Of a DNA stretch of 64,000 nucleotides, positions 9,501-24,500 are shown in pieces. Under the pieces are notes generated by a model. That model did not search any database, was not told the DNA's origin, and saw only the letters and a program-made list of their open reading frames with translations. Position 1 is the first letter of the stretch, and the number at the start of each line of letters is the position of its first letter. Where the stretch lies: the NCBI GenBank assembly GCA_934757845.1, contig CAKVLQ010000001.1:8398-72397 (forward strand), given 5' to 3'. The position numbers and the translations under genes were made by a program. Source of the stretch: an uncultured Clostridia bacterium (GTDB lineage: Bacteria > Bacillota > Clostridia > Christensenellales > UBA1242).

Positions 9501-12500
9501 TGACAAATATTATTGTCTTGCAAATAATATTGTTTTGAACCAAACAATCACTTGCTCTATTGAAGGGCTTAATGGAAAAAATGTTTATGCAAAATATTCA
9601 ACTGCTTTAAGTGAAAATTCAGTTTATAATTTGATATTTAATGGCACTGGAAGCGTTTTTGATAAAGCAAACGAAGCCGATATAGAAAACTTAAACATTG
9701 TTTATAATCAAAATCAAATAACTATTAATTCTGATTTTGGATTAATTGCAAAAGAAAATAAAGGAACAATTAAAAATGTTAATTTGATTATTAATAACTT
9801 GCAAATTAATATTGAAGATACTAGCGATGAGAATTTTAATGTTGGTCTTATGTTTGCAACAAATTCGGGCACAATTCAAAATTGCAGTGTGGCAAGTGTG
9901 GCAAACGAAACAGCAAGTGTTGTTTTGAATAGTGTAGAAAGTGAAACAGCAAGTGTTGATTTGAAAGGAAAGAAAAAATCTTGCAACTTTGGTGGACTTG
10001 TAGCGGTTAACACGGGCGAAATTGTTGGAAACTTTAATTTCTTATCAAATAATATTTCGGGTGTTATTAACCTTAAAATTGTTGATAATATGATTGATAA
10101 TATTGTTGATGATGCGGCACAAAAACACATTCTTGGCGGACTTGTTGCACAAAACAGTGGAACAATTTTGGGAATAAAAGTTGACGCAAACATAACTTCA
10201 ACTGCAACTATTGTTGGTGGACTTGTTGGCAAGTTTGTTAGTGAGAATAACGAGAATAAAGAATATAAAAACCTATATTTCTCTGGAAATATAATTGCTA
10301 GTAATGCTGATTTTGTTGGCGGTATTGCGGGCGTTGTTGAAAGCAAAACATCATTTAATCTTGTGTTTGCTGAATTTGTTGACAGTGCGGACTATTTAGA
10401 AACTTCTAAAGCAGTTGGCGGATTGATTGGGGGAATTGCAGAAAACGCAGAAACTGATATTGCATTCTCTTATTCAAAAGGCTTTGCAACAAATGCTGAA
10501 TATAATTTGAAAGGCAACATTGTTGGCGGGCTTGTTGGTGAAACCAAAGCAGTTTTGTCATTAATGGCTGTTTATAGTGATGTTAAACTTGCTCTATATA
10601 ATGAAAATAGCGTGGGTGGGGCATTTGTTGGCAACATGAACAATGATATTGAAGTTGAAAATGCTTATTCTTATTCAACTGGCTCACAAAGTTTGATTGC
10701 AAAAAGAGAGAGTGGAAAACTTACTCTTAACAAAGTTTACTCAACAACTTGCAGTCAAAAAGAACAAAATGGCGATGAATTTAAATACTTCTATGATAAA
10801 ACAAATTATATAAATGCTATTTCACAAAAATATGAAGAAAGTGGCAAAACTGACCAATTTGTGTTTAATGATGATAAGTATTTTAGATATTCAAGTTTGG
10901 AAAATGGCGGACGACCATATTTGGTTTATAATGAGGCTGACGGTTACAAAAAACTTATGACTATTGTTAGCACAAACATTAATGCAAATTTGATTGTTAA
11001 AAACAAAGTTGGCAGTAGTGGAAACTATATTTATGGGGCAACAAATGATATTATTGTTGTTGATGACGGAGTTTTAAACAAAGCGGTTATTTATTATAAA
11101 AATAACCTTGAATTTAATATCAGCGACATTATCAACATTAATGTTACTCCTAGTGATGCTATAAAAGACTTTATAATTTCAAGTTCTAATAACGAAGTTA
11201 TATCTTTTGTTAAAAATGCTTTTGGACAAACACTTAAAATTAATGGCAAAGGAAATTGCGTTATTACAATTTCTGCAAGACATAACCAAAATATAAAAAC
11301 CTATGTTTATTTTAGCGTAATTGACCAAATTGAAAAATTCACTTTTGAAGAAAATATTACAATTTCAAACAAATCAACAAAACAAATTGATTATGAATTA
11401 ACTCAAAAAACAACTCAAAATGGTGTTATGTTTAAAATGACAGAGAATAATGATAAAATTCTTGTTAACAACATGGCATTTACTGAAAATCAAATTTTCT
11501 GCTTTGATTCAAGAATTTTAATAACTGGTCTTGATGTTTTTGAAAAAACCACCAGTATGACTGTTGCACCTTTTGTTGTGGTAAGGTTTGGAAATGAAGT
11601 TTATAATTTTGTTGACGAAACAAAACAAAAAGAAATTAAAATTAATGTTGTTAACAATGCAACAGTAATTTCAAGCACAGTAAATTATTTTGCTATTCCA
11701 GAAAATGAAACTGTAAGATTTGAAGTTTTTGTTGATAGCGGAAGTAGCAATCAAAGTCTTGAATTTGAAAGTTTAGACGGCGAAACCCTTTCGGAATATT
11801 TTGAATTTAAAGTTGAAAAACAAGAAATTGACAGCACAAAAAATCAAACTATTTTTGAAGTTACGGTTAAAGCAAACAATGTTAATCTTTCAAATGATAA
11901 ATTATTTAACATAAAAATTTCGCATAAAATTGGCGAAAATATTAACGAAAATATTTATGAAACATTAAGAATTTTGTTAAAGAGTTCAAAACTTAAAGGC
12001 GTTGAACTTAACCATTATTCTTCAACTGTTTATTATTACAACAATTATGATTTTATAATTAACAAAGAAACAACCCCAAGTTTTGTTATCACAAAAGGCA
12101 ACCTTGGTGTGCTTTCGATAAATTTATATCCAAGTTTTGCAAATATTAGAGACATTGAAATTTCAAGTTCGATAATAAACGGAAACAGGGTTAATTTTTC
12201 ACAACTTGCTTTAACTGAAAACAATGCTTTAACAGTTGTTCCACACAAAGCAAATTTATATAACGGAATTAAACTTAAAATAAGCAAAGAAGAAATTGAA
12301 AAAAATGGTGGAAACATTTATGTTTCAACATTACTATCAAGCAATGTTTTAGATGACACAATTTTCACAATAACAGTTAGTTGCTATTATGGCTTTGGTC
12401 AAAAGTATGAACCAGTAACCCTTGACCTTAAAGCAAAAGCATTAACAACAATTATTCTTTCGAATCCAAACGGAAGCGATAACTACTATGTTCCAAAGGG

Positions 12501-15500
12501 CGCAACAACCAGTTTTAACATAAATGCAATTAATATGGACGAAGATTTTAAGGTTGATTTGAGTAACTTTGAATTTTATGTTGGCGAAAATCAATTAAAA
12601 CTAACTGATTTGAAAGACGCAAGCGGACTTACATATTATGTTGACCCAGTTGGAAAATCTTTGTTTGGCTTTAAAATTGAAAATAACAAACTTGTTGTGT
12701 TTAGCGACCTAATGAACGCAAGAAACACAGCCCTTACAATTAAACCTGTTTATGAAACAAAAATAAACGGAAAAACAACCAAAAATGAAGGCGTTGAAAT
12801 TGTTGTTAAAGTTGTTGATTTCGTGGTGAACGATGTGTTTGCTGAAAATTCAGAAAGTGGCATTTTGACTAATTTCCTTGGAAATTCAACAATGCTTAAA
12901 GCCGATTTTGATGCTGACTATTGTTTGGATATTTTCTATCGTAATGAAAATGATGTGGCTATTGAAAAATATAGTTATACAAATGAAAATGGTGAAGAAA
13001 TAACTGTTTCGTTTGACACAACAAAACGACAACTTGAATTGTCAAATATAATGCTAAAAATAAAAGCACTTAAAGAGCAAATTTCAAAATCTAATTATTC
13101 TTGGAATATTATAACCAAAAATAGCACTGGAAATTTGATTTATAACAACATTAAAGACAGCACTAACTATTCAAATTTTGTTGTTAGTGTTGACGCTGAT
13201 GGATATTATAATGTTTATGGAAAAGTAATTTCTGAAAACAGAATGATGCTTAAAGTTAATTTGAGTTATGAAAATGGACTAGTAACTTTGAAACAAAATG
13301 CTGATAACGAACTTACAAGCGAATTTGTTTTGAATATAAAATCTAATTCAAGTTTGGATAATCCAATTCCTATTTCAACAAGCGAAGAATTTTTAACAAA
13401 AATGGAAGACGGCGGAAATTATATTTTGTTAAACGACATAACTTTGCCTGCTTCATTTGGCGGAATTGATGCAAAAATTTTAAGTTTTGACGGAAACAAC
13501 AAAACAATTAATATCGCTGGGTTTAGTTTAAGTAGTGCTAATCAAACAAGCCTTGGATTGTTTAACACTATAGACGAAAATGCTATTGTTAAAAATGTTA
13601 CAATAAACATTTTGCCAACTTTGTTTTATGCAGATGAATATCATTATGGTTTGAATGTAAACGCACAAGCGTGTGAAAACCTAAATTTTGGTGTTCTTTG
13701 CGGAACAAACGAAGGTGTTATAACAAATTGTAAAATTATAAATAACAACTATAAACTTGTTAATAATGAAAATGTTTATAAAGAAATTTATATAAATGTT
13801 AACGCTGTTGAAGATAGCAACATAAATGTTGGTGCTTTGGTTGGTGAAAACAATGGTTATATCACTCATTCAAGTGTTGGTGATAATAATTCAAATAGCC
13901 GTATTGCAATAATGTCAAAAGCCGTTATTGGTGGGCTTTGTGCAGTTAACAACAACAAAATTGCTTCAAGTTTTGTTGTTAATATTGCAATTTATAACAA
14001 CTCAAAAACCAAAATCACAGCAGGTTTTGTTGCCACAAACAGTAACAATTCTCAAATTACAACAAGTTATGTTCAAGGTTATGCAGACAAACCAAATGAA
14101 GTTAAAACAAGTTTAACTGATGGCGGAATTTTTGCAAATGGTTATGTTGGCGGATTTGTTGCAACAAATGACGGAAAAATTAAAGATTGTTATGCAAATT
14201 TGCAAATAACAACAAACAAGCGTTCAAGTGGGTTTGTTTATGACAATTCAAACGGAAATGTTGAAACTTCAATTTCGGCTTCAACCGCTTCAAACTCAAC
14301 TCAAAGTTTTAGATATTTTATTGGAAACAATGAAGAAAACATTGTTTTAAACAATCAAGGAGTTAAATATTGCTATTATATTGCTGGCGAAGATAAAAAC
14401 GGCGGAGAAGGCGAATATGATGAACCTGCAAACGCAATTTCATCATTTGATGATGCAAGTTTTTATGAAGGCTTTATTTGCGATGGGTCGTCAAGTTCGG
14501 TTTGGGAATTTAACAAAAATTCTATGCCAAAACCAGTTGACGCAAACCAAAAAATTGTTAGCGAACGAAAACTTTTGAATGCTGCGAACTCAAAAACAAC
14601 TGAAAAATATGAATATATATATATTAATAATGATATAGGTAGTATAAATAATCCTATTATCGTTAGCACAACTGAACAATTTTTTGAAGCACTAACAAGT
14701 GAAAATAATTTGTATAGTTATTATTATGCTGGAAAAGTTCAAAAAACACAAATTAACTATAAACACATAAGCGTGGTTAAAGACCTTGATTTGTCAAAAA
14801 TTATTGACAAAAATAATAACGAAATTAATACAACAAATGAAGTTCAAAAATTGCAAGACATTATTTTTGCGGGAAATTTGAACGGAAATGGAATGTTGTT
14901 TGAAAACATAACAATAACCGCCAAAAACGACAAAGTTAAATATTCGTCTTTTGGGCTATTCAAACAAATTGGTGTTGAAGCAACTTATAATTCTAGGGGC
15001 GAAATTAAAAATAGTTATCTTGATAGTGATAATTGCTCGGTTATTAAAAATGTTAATTTTGAAATTGACGGAATTTCGGCAACTATAACAAGAAATGTTG
15101 GAACATTGTCGGGCGAAGTTATAAATTCAAAACTTTATAATATTAACATTTACAGCAACAATAATGTTAGCGTTGAAGGCAACAACATTGTTGGTGGCGT
15201 TGCAGGAAGAATTAGCGGAAACAGTTTTGTTAAAGGTGTTTCAAGCAATTTGGGTGTTAAAGCAACATTTGAAAACAAAACAACTAATTATGAATATAAT
15301 GCACCACAAAGTGCAAAAGTTTATGCTAACGCAAGTGGCATTATTCAAGACGATTTGAACCAAAATGTTAACATTGTTGGTGGATTGTTTGGCGTTGTTG
15401 ATATTTACACAACCAAAATTGAAAATTTTGTTCAAAAAGCAGGAACAAATTCTTATTATGTTGATGCAAAAATTGTGAGAAGTAACGATTTTGTTGAAAC

Positions 15501-18500
15501 AAATGCTAATATTCAATTTACAACTGCAAGTGGTGACATAAGAATTATTGGCGATGTTGTTGGTGGAATGTTTGGTTATGTTGAAAGTGGAAGCAAAATT
15601 TATGATGCAAGATTTGTTCTTAACGAATCAAACTCTCAAAACCTAATTGCAAATTATGCAGTTGGTGGTATTTGCGGAATTAATAAGGGCTTTATAACCT
15701 ATTCAACTGTTGAAACTGGGCTTACTAGACAACGAGAAATTGACAAACTTGATTCTTACACAACAAGTTATTTGTTCTCAAACTCTGAAAACAAAGCAAA
15801 ATTTGTTGGTGGTCTGGTTGGAATTTTGAAAGATGGTTATTTAAGTTATTCATATAACAAAGCAAACATTATTGCAACGAAAAGCCAATTTGTTGGCGCA
15901 GCAGTTGGCGCGTTTGAAAATGCAAAAATGAATTATGTTTATGCAAATGCTTATCTTGAAGCACAAAAAGAAGTTAGCGAAAATGGTCTTGTTACAACTC
16001 AAAAAGGTTATGCAGGTTTTGTTGGAACAATAACTTCATTTGAAAATCAAAGTTTTATTTCTCATGCGGTTTCTATTTTAAGAAATAAAGAAACAACTGC
16101 TGATGGCTTTGACATTGCAAGCATGGTTGGATATAATAACGCCGATGATGCTAGTATTGTGGGCGAATATTCAAATAATGTTAATAGCATCACGGGTGGC
16201 AAAGAAATCAGCGAAGCAAAAATAAATGGCTATGAATATCAAGATTATATAAATCAAAGTTCTAGCACATTCAGTGGATATTCTTCTTCATCTGATGAAA
16301 ATGCTCATTGGGTTAGAACAAAAGATCTGGATACTTATTATAGATTAAGTTATAACAAAAAAGGTGCTATAAAAGAAATTGGCAGTGAAGATGACTTAAG
16401 AAATTTAACAAAAAATGGAACTTATACATTAACAAGTGATATTTACTTAACTCGTGTTTGGGACCCTATTTCGGAATTTAATGGTGAACTATCAAGTGCA
16501 AAACGAAAAGACAGGAAAGACGGACAAAGTGAATATTATATTATTTATAACTTAACAATAAACAACAAATCAAAAAATGTTGCAAACGATGTTGGCTTCT
16601 TTGCTTCACTTGGCGAAAAAGCACAAATAAACGACATAACCTTTGTTGTTGGTTCAAATTATAAAGACCCTGGTGATGGAAGCGACCCAACAGAAACTGA
16701 CACAAATTGGGACAATGGAACAACAAGAGGAATTAAAATATTCAATAGCAACTCAACAGCGCATAATCTTGGTGTTTTAAGCGGAAAAGCAAATGGCTCA
16801 ACTATAACAAACTTTACTTTAAAAATTGCTGATAGTGCCGAAGATGTTATCTATACAAATTTAGATGTTGTTGGCGGAGTTATTGGAGATGCAACAGATG
16901 TTAAGATAATCTCTAGTGCTGGGGCAGAGAATGGAAATGGTGTTTGTCTTGACAACATCAAAATGAAACGAGATTCAAACAAAAAAGTTTCGCAAAATGA
17001 CGGCAAAGACATTTATTTTGGTGGCGTTATTGGCAAGGCTAATGGTTGTGAAATTAAAAATGTAAACTTTAATAATCAAGTTAAAATTTCAAATTTGCAA
17101 AACATTCCAAACAACAACACTTATATTGGTGCAGTTTGCGGATATTCAGAATTATGTGATATTTCAAATGTTTTGGTTGCAAATGAAGATAAAACGCAAA
17201 TAACTCTTTCTCACACTACCGATTATAAAAGTTTTGGAGAATTAGAAAGTAAAATTTATTGTGCAGTTATTTCAGGCTATGCTAAAGGAACAAGTGCTAA
17301 AAATATTAATATTGAACACACAAATGTTTTGATTGAAAATAACTATACTAATCTATCAGAAATTTATGCGGGAACTATTTTTGGGGCAAACAACAAATTA
17401 AATAATTTCCCGAACGATATTCAAGATGTTGTTATAAAATCAACAACCAATTTGACGATTAATGATAGTTCAACTGATTTTAGAAACAATAATGGCTCTA
17501 AAATTAATTATATTGGCGGGCTTTGTGGTTATAGCGAAGAAGGAAATATTAAAAATGTTAATTCGGCTTTAAACTTAAATTTCACTTCGGCAGAAAAAAC
17601 AGGTTCAACATTCTTTGGTGGAATTGTTGGAAAAAATGGCGAAATTGATGGTGGCACAACAGTTGCAGGTTCAAACATTTCAAATGTAATTTGCAAACGA
17701 ACATTAACTTTAAGACACAAATCGCAAAAAGTTTATGCTGGCGGACTTTGTGGCTATAATTTAACAACAAAAGTAAAATCAAACAATGTTGAAAATTCAT
17801 TGTTTATTGGTTCATTAAAATATTTCTGCAACAACCTTAACTTTGTTGGCGGAATAGTTGGAAATAATGGCGATTTAAAAAATGGAAATCAAGAAGATAA
17901 AGAGAATTATCAAGATTGCTATTTCATTGAAGATTTGTCATTAACTCCATCACGAAGTGTGGAATATGGAACAGCAATAAGTTATGCTAAATTTGTTAAA
18001 ATGATAGAGAATAAAAGCATTTTAACAGATGATTTCTCGGCTTATAAAAATGACGAAGATATTGTGGAAAGTGCTGGTGAAACAATTAAATTTGTCGAAG
18101 GAAGCATTTATAATCCAATAGAGATTAATTCTAAAGCGGACTTTATTGCAAGCGATGAAGAAAATAGTTTAAAAAATGGAAAATATTATTTGCTAAATGA
18201 TAACCTTGATTTAACAAATGAAAATACCATTTCGGAAATTAATGGAAACATTATTGGCAATGGTCATGAAATTAAAGTTTCAAAAGGCTTTGCTGATAAA
18301 GTAAATAGCGATGCAATTTTGGCGGATTTAATATTTAACCTTGCTGGAACTGGTGAAACATATAACAATAAAGAATTTGTTGAAACTAGTTTTATTGTTG
18401 CAAAAAACAATTCGGGCGTTATTTATAACTGTGTTGTTAAAGGCAATATTACGGAATCAAGCACAAAAATTGCCCCAGTTGCAATAGAAAATCACGGCTT

Positions 18501-21500
18501 TATTAATGTTGTAACAAGCCTTGCACTTATTATTGCAAAAGGTGCTAACGCAAGCGATGCTGGAGTTTCTGGCTTTGTTTGTGAAAATAGCGGGGTTATA
18601 TATAATTCTCTTGCTGTTGGGACAATAGAAGTTATAAATATGGGCTCTAACTATTCGGTTTATGCAAAAATCAAAGAATCAAACAAGATTAGTGGTTTTG
18701 TTCTTTCAAACAAAGATATAATCACAAATTGTGCTTCAGGTGTTACACTTCCACTTATGATTAAAGATGCGGATGAAACTGATGCTTTAAATACAACATT
18801 TAAAAATTCAAGCTCTGGAACAATAAGCAACTGTGTTGTTGACTTTTACGCAAATGGGAATTATAAAGAACCATCGCCAAGCGAAGGAATTGTTTATACA
18901 GACAATTTAAATGTTGAAATTGTTGCTAAATTCTCAACAAATTTGTGGCAAAAAGAAGTAGCAGGCGTAATTTATGGATATAGATATCCAGTTCTTTCAA
19001 TTTTCAAAGAAACAAGTGAAAACGGCGAAGAAAACGAATTTTTGAAAAAAATTGAAGAAGTTTTGAACACAACTGAAACAAAAAATAACAAAGTTTATCA
19101 CAAAGTTAACAATTTCAGTTCATTAAGAAATGTTATTGATTTGTTGCAAAATGATGAAAATATTGAAAATGTTAACATTAAACTTGAAAATTCCTTTATT
19201 GGTTCAGTTCAAAAAGAAGAAGTTGACAAACAAATATACGACACTATTTACAATTCAACAATTTGCATAACAAAACCATTCACTCTTGATGGAAATAATT
19301 GTGTTATTTATAATTATAGCCTTCAAAATGAAAGTAAAGATGACGATGCTTATCTTGGCTTGTTCTGGTCAAATGTTGATGCAAAAGTTGCCACTTCTGG
19401 TAGTAATATTACTATTAACAGAAATATAATAATAGAAAATTTGGCACTAAAAAATGCTAATATAAAAATTAACCCTATCAAACAAACGGGCACTGATGGT
19501 GCTAATGATGAAGCCATTAAAAACATTTATGTTGGTGGCTTTGTTGCAAAAGCATCGTGCGGAGTTAGAATTTCGGGTTGTTATATTGACGGAAAAATTG
19601 AATGTAGCGAAAAAACTGCTTCCAAATATGACCCTGACAGCACAATCGTTATTGGCGGAATCGCTGGCGATTTGAGCGAAGGCGGAAGAATTGAAAATTG
19701 TGTTAGCAAGCTTAATATTGAGGCAGATTATTTAACTGCTTCAATGGAATGTAATGAAGGCATAGTTAACAAGTCTGGATATATTGCTTATGTTGGCGGA
19801 ATTGCTGGAAATACTTCTTATGTTGAAATAAATAATAACTATGTTTTTGGCAATGTTTCAATTTCAAGTGTTAAAGAATTAAAAATGGGCGGAATTGCTG
19901 GAAAATGGGCAAATAAGTCGGGTTCTAACAATGTTATGCTTGGTCAAGTTTATTATAAAGGTGCTTATCTTGGTTATTTTGCAGATTCTGCATCAGACGA
20001 TAAATTCTTCTATAACGTTAATGCAATAGTTGGTGAATGTGATGGCACAGGTTCTGGCAACCTTTATAATGAAGGAATAACATTAACCAAAGATAACAAA
20101 ATTGCTTCAATTAGCAATGTTCAAACAATTATTGATAAAGCAAACAATATAACAAATAACAGTTTTGTTTCAAACACTAATATTTTTGAAAAACCTGTAT
20201 ATGAAATATTGGACGATACAAATCAACTTAAAGTTCTTAATGATAATACAACTTATATTATACCTTATAGTGGCACAAGTAATATTTTGTTTAATGAAAA
20301 TCAAAAACGAGATTTAACAAATACAACAATCATATTTGCAAATCCAGCAAAAGTGAGCGTTACTAAAAACATATTTGACACATTAACAAATTGTGCAATT
20401 TCAAACCTAACAATTTGTGCAGATAATGGGCTTACAACAAGTGCACTTGCAAACAAAATTGAAACCACAAAACTTTATAACATTACTGTTGAAAATATCT
20501 ATTTTTCAAGAACAACTGGAACTTCAACACAAGGTGAAAATTCAGCAAAAGATAATCATCTAACTATTGGTGGTGTTGTTGATTACGCAGTTTCTTCAAT
20601 GTTGTTTAATGTTAAAGTTAACAAAGGAAGAATTGAAGCAAACTTTAAAGGAGAAACTTCAGATGCCAAAACTTTAAGCGTTGGTGGAATTGTTGGCTAT
20701 GGCAAGCAAACTTTGTTAAGCAGTTGTGAAAACAGTGCAACAATAACCACAAGTTTTGATGGAATTACAAGAAATGACGACTTTATAATTTCAACCGCAG
20801 GCTTAATGGGGCAATCAACTGCAGGATATATCTTTGGCTCAACAAATAGTGGCCTTGTTTATGCAAAAAATTTGAAAGACCAAAAAATTGTTATCCAAAC
20901 GGCGGGAATTACAAATACTTATAGTTCAGGCAATGTAATTTCTTTCTGCAAAAACTCTGAAAAAATTAAAGGTGTAAACACTTATAAAAATCAAAGTGTT
21001 AAAAACTATGTTGCGGGAATATCAGCCTATGATGGCTCTATTGATGGCTCTGTTGGTGATACGATAAGTTATTGCTATAATAGTAATAACATAACAGCAA
21101 TTTCTAGCACAACGGGTTCAACCAATGATGTTGCAACAGGTATTGGCGGAGCATCAGTTTATTATTCATACTTTATGGGTGGTGTTGTAAGTTCTTCAAA
21201 AATCTATACGCTTACTTGTAGTAACGCATTCTACTCATATAGTTTGGGAAGTGGCTACACAGCAGGGCAAAAAGGTGGTTCTAACCTTAGTCTTGCAGGT
21301 GGGGATTATAGCACAAGCGTTGGAACAGACACAATTCTTGCAGGAATTTCAGATGCAGAGAAAGACCAAAGAAAAGAACATTGGTTTGTTACAATTTCAA
21401 AAAATAACACCGATTTGGTTGTTTTGCCTGTGGCAGACACTACAAGAACTGATGACAAAGGAAATAAAATCCCAGACTGGGCAGACACCACTCTTCAATC

Positions 21501-24500
21501 AAACTTTGTTCGACCTACAATAAGATATTTTGGAGAAGAACAATTTAAATTGCCAGAAAATAATGAAGAATATCAAATTTCAACAGCATTTGAATTGTGG
21601 TATTGGTCAAAATTTGTTTGTGGAAAAGAAAACGTTGACAAAGATGTTGCATTAACAAACGATATAGACATGACTGGTTACACATGGCAAACCCCTGCAA
21701 AATTTGATAAAACCTTTAATGGAAATTTCCACACAATAACAAACCTAGTTATTGAAAAACGAGAAGATGGAAACTCCCAATTATGGGGCTTTGTTGGACA
21801 AAATAACGGAACAATTCAAAGTATTAACTTTGAAAATGCTAGTATTAAGATAGAAACTGAAAGTGAACAAATTAAGATAGAAACTGAAAGTGAACAATCT
21901 GATTTTGCAGAAAATGTTTATGTTTCTATTGTTGCGGGCATAAATAACGGAACAATTCAAAGCATTTTGGTAGGTCAAGTTGGCGAAAGCAATCGCACAA
22001 TTTCTATCTATAGTAAAACAGGAACTTTGCAAGGCGGATTGGAGCAACTAAATTTAAGAGTTGGAGTTATTGCCGCTAACAACAGTGGTGAAGGTAAAAT
22101 TCAAGATGTTGAAGTTATAAATTTGAGTGATAGTGCAATTTATTCTGATATTCAAATAACCAAACCAGTCACACAATTCAGACCTAACAATGTTTTGGTT
22201 GAACTTGGTGGTATTGTTGGATTAAATGAAGGATCAATAGATTCAGCGTATTATTTGTCATCAGTAATTTCTAAATTGACAAATTCAAACATGTATGGAC
22301 TTACTGGAATTTCAGATGACTTAGCTGGTGATGGTAGTGCGCAACTTGCGGGTGAGTTGCTTTATGGATTATATTCTCAAGCAAAACAACATGTTGGGCA
22401 AATTGTTGGACAAAATAATAAAGGAACGATTGATAACTGTTACTCTCCAACAGGTGACGAATTTAAATATATTGCAACCCAAAACTTATTGAGCTCAATT
22501 GCAATTGGGAAAGCTACGTCAATTGCACAAGGAAATGTTGATCAAATAAAACGAATAGCTAACTTTGCAAAATTTGGTCTTGTTGCCACTATAGATACGA
22601 TTAAATGGATTAAACTTGCAAAGACGGCAAAAAACGCTTTGTCGCTTGGGAAAGCTGCGGGGGCTGGTGCTAAAGCTGCTTTGGGTCCGATTGGATGGAT
22701 TATATTATGTGTTGATGTTGCTACCGCGGCGTCTCAATATTTCATTAATCAGGCAAGTTTTGAAAGTTCATTTAACCATCATGGAATAGGTGGTATGCCT
22801 GGCGATGCATTAAGTATTTCAAATTCGGACAATGAAATTTATATAAAACAATATTGGCAAGGCTTTGAGAATATTGAAATATGTTCCGCAGTTAGAAGTT
22901 TAGAAAAAATGCCTTATAATAAATCATTTAAAAACTTAAGTTCATCATTAGTCGCTCCAAAACAAGAAAATGGCATTTATTATGTTTATAATGTTAATGA
23001 ACTTGCTTATGCATTAACTAAACTAAATGGTGCGACAATAGAACTTATGGACAACATTGATATGACAACAAAAGTTTGGGACGAAGAAGGCGAAAACGGA
23101 CTAAAGACAATTAATAAATTAACTATTATTGATAATGGCTTTAAGATTGTTTATGGAAGCAATACAAATTTTGCAACAAAATTCACTACAGCAGAATATA
23201 GTTCTGATTTGTTAAAACAAAATTCAAAAGATGCAAATGAATACGGAAAATTTGAATCAGTTTCAAAAAATCAAAATCAAGTTGCAATGGAAAAATTTGA
23301 AGGAGTATTTGAAAAAGTATGGAAAAAAGAATTTGCAAATACACATTCAGAAGCCGAGGCTGAAAGTGAATATAAAAATCAAGGAATAATAACCACCTTA
23401 TCGAGCGGACAAAAATTATACAAAGTTGATTATGCAGAGCAATTGGAAGTTATTGCTGATGCAATGGCAACATACACAATAAATAAACAGTCTTTGCATA
23501 AAGGCATAAATTTTAGCGGTTGCACTATAGAAATAAGGTCTGACTTAACAATGCCAGAAACTATGATTTCTTTAAATCAATTTATTTATGATAAAGACGG
23601 AACAACAAAAGCACCAAGTTTTGTAGTTTCAGATTCAAATTCAAATACGATTGAGCTTGATGATGAACAAAGCAGGTATGAAGCTTTTGCGGGAACTTTA
23701 AAAGGCTATAATCACACAATAACTATTAATAAAAATCAAAATTTAATCTATTCAAGTTTGGGAACAATTCAAGATATTGTGATTGATGCCACAAAAGTGA
23801 AAACAATTTCAACAAGTCAAAATCTTGGAAGTTTGGGTGTTATGATTAATTTTGGCACCATGAAAAACATTAAACTAAAAACTGCCGAAAAGCTAACCTT
23901 TGAGCAAAAGATTTCATTTGCGGATAGTCTTGAAACCCCGAGCGAAAAATTAATAGTTTCATCTAATACCAATGCCGTGACACAATTTGGTTTATTTAGT
24001 GCTATTAATGATGGAAAAATTATAAATTGTTCTTTTAATAATGAAATTATTAATATAAAATATTCTTTGGACATTGATTGGGAAAGTGGCTTAAAAGAAG
24101 CTATAGAAGACATGAAAAAACAAACAGATGATGAAACATATTCAAATCTAGATTATTATAATTACACAACAAGGCAACTTGCATGGAGTATTAATGCTGG
24201 AATAATTTCTGGTGCGAATATCGGTTCAATTAACAATGTTAATATTTATAAAACTGAAATGCGCTTTATTTTGCCTGAAGATCAAGAAATTAAATATAAT
24301 ATAAAAAATGGCGAAAATGACCAAGAAATAACTGCAAAAACCTTGTTTATGTTGAATGTTGGCTTTATTAGTGGAAGAAATGAGTATTCACATGAAATGG
24401 CAACTGATAAAGAAAGGCTTGATCTTATAAATATTAAGATTATTGGAAGTAAATTAATTACTAAAAATAAATTTTTTGGTGCTGTTGGTTTGATTTCGGG

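Noticed and set aside
9876-10346. A 156-aa antisense ORF inside giant gene 1, and the many similar 60-110-aa ORFs inside the giant genes, rpoB, rpoC, fusA and tuf (for example 7281-7547, 12045-12317, 29772-30077, 35143-35448, 54457-54861).
   Set aside because: All lie antisense to, or out of frame within, long well-supported genes. They lack SD sequences and have low-complexity composition driven by the opposite-strand codons, such as Pro/Thr/Ser-rich mirrors of the Gly-rich repeats.
22684-22743. The hydrophobic segment might mark a fusion of two genes or a misassembly within giant gene 1.
   Set aside because: There is no stop, SD or start context around it. The frame is continuous, and the same module type continues on both sides. 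I kept it as a finding about the protein, not as a gene boundary.
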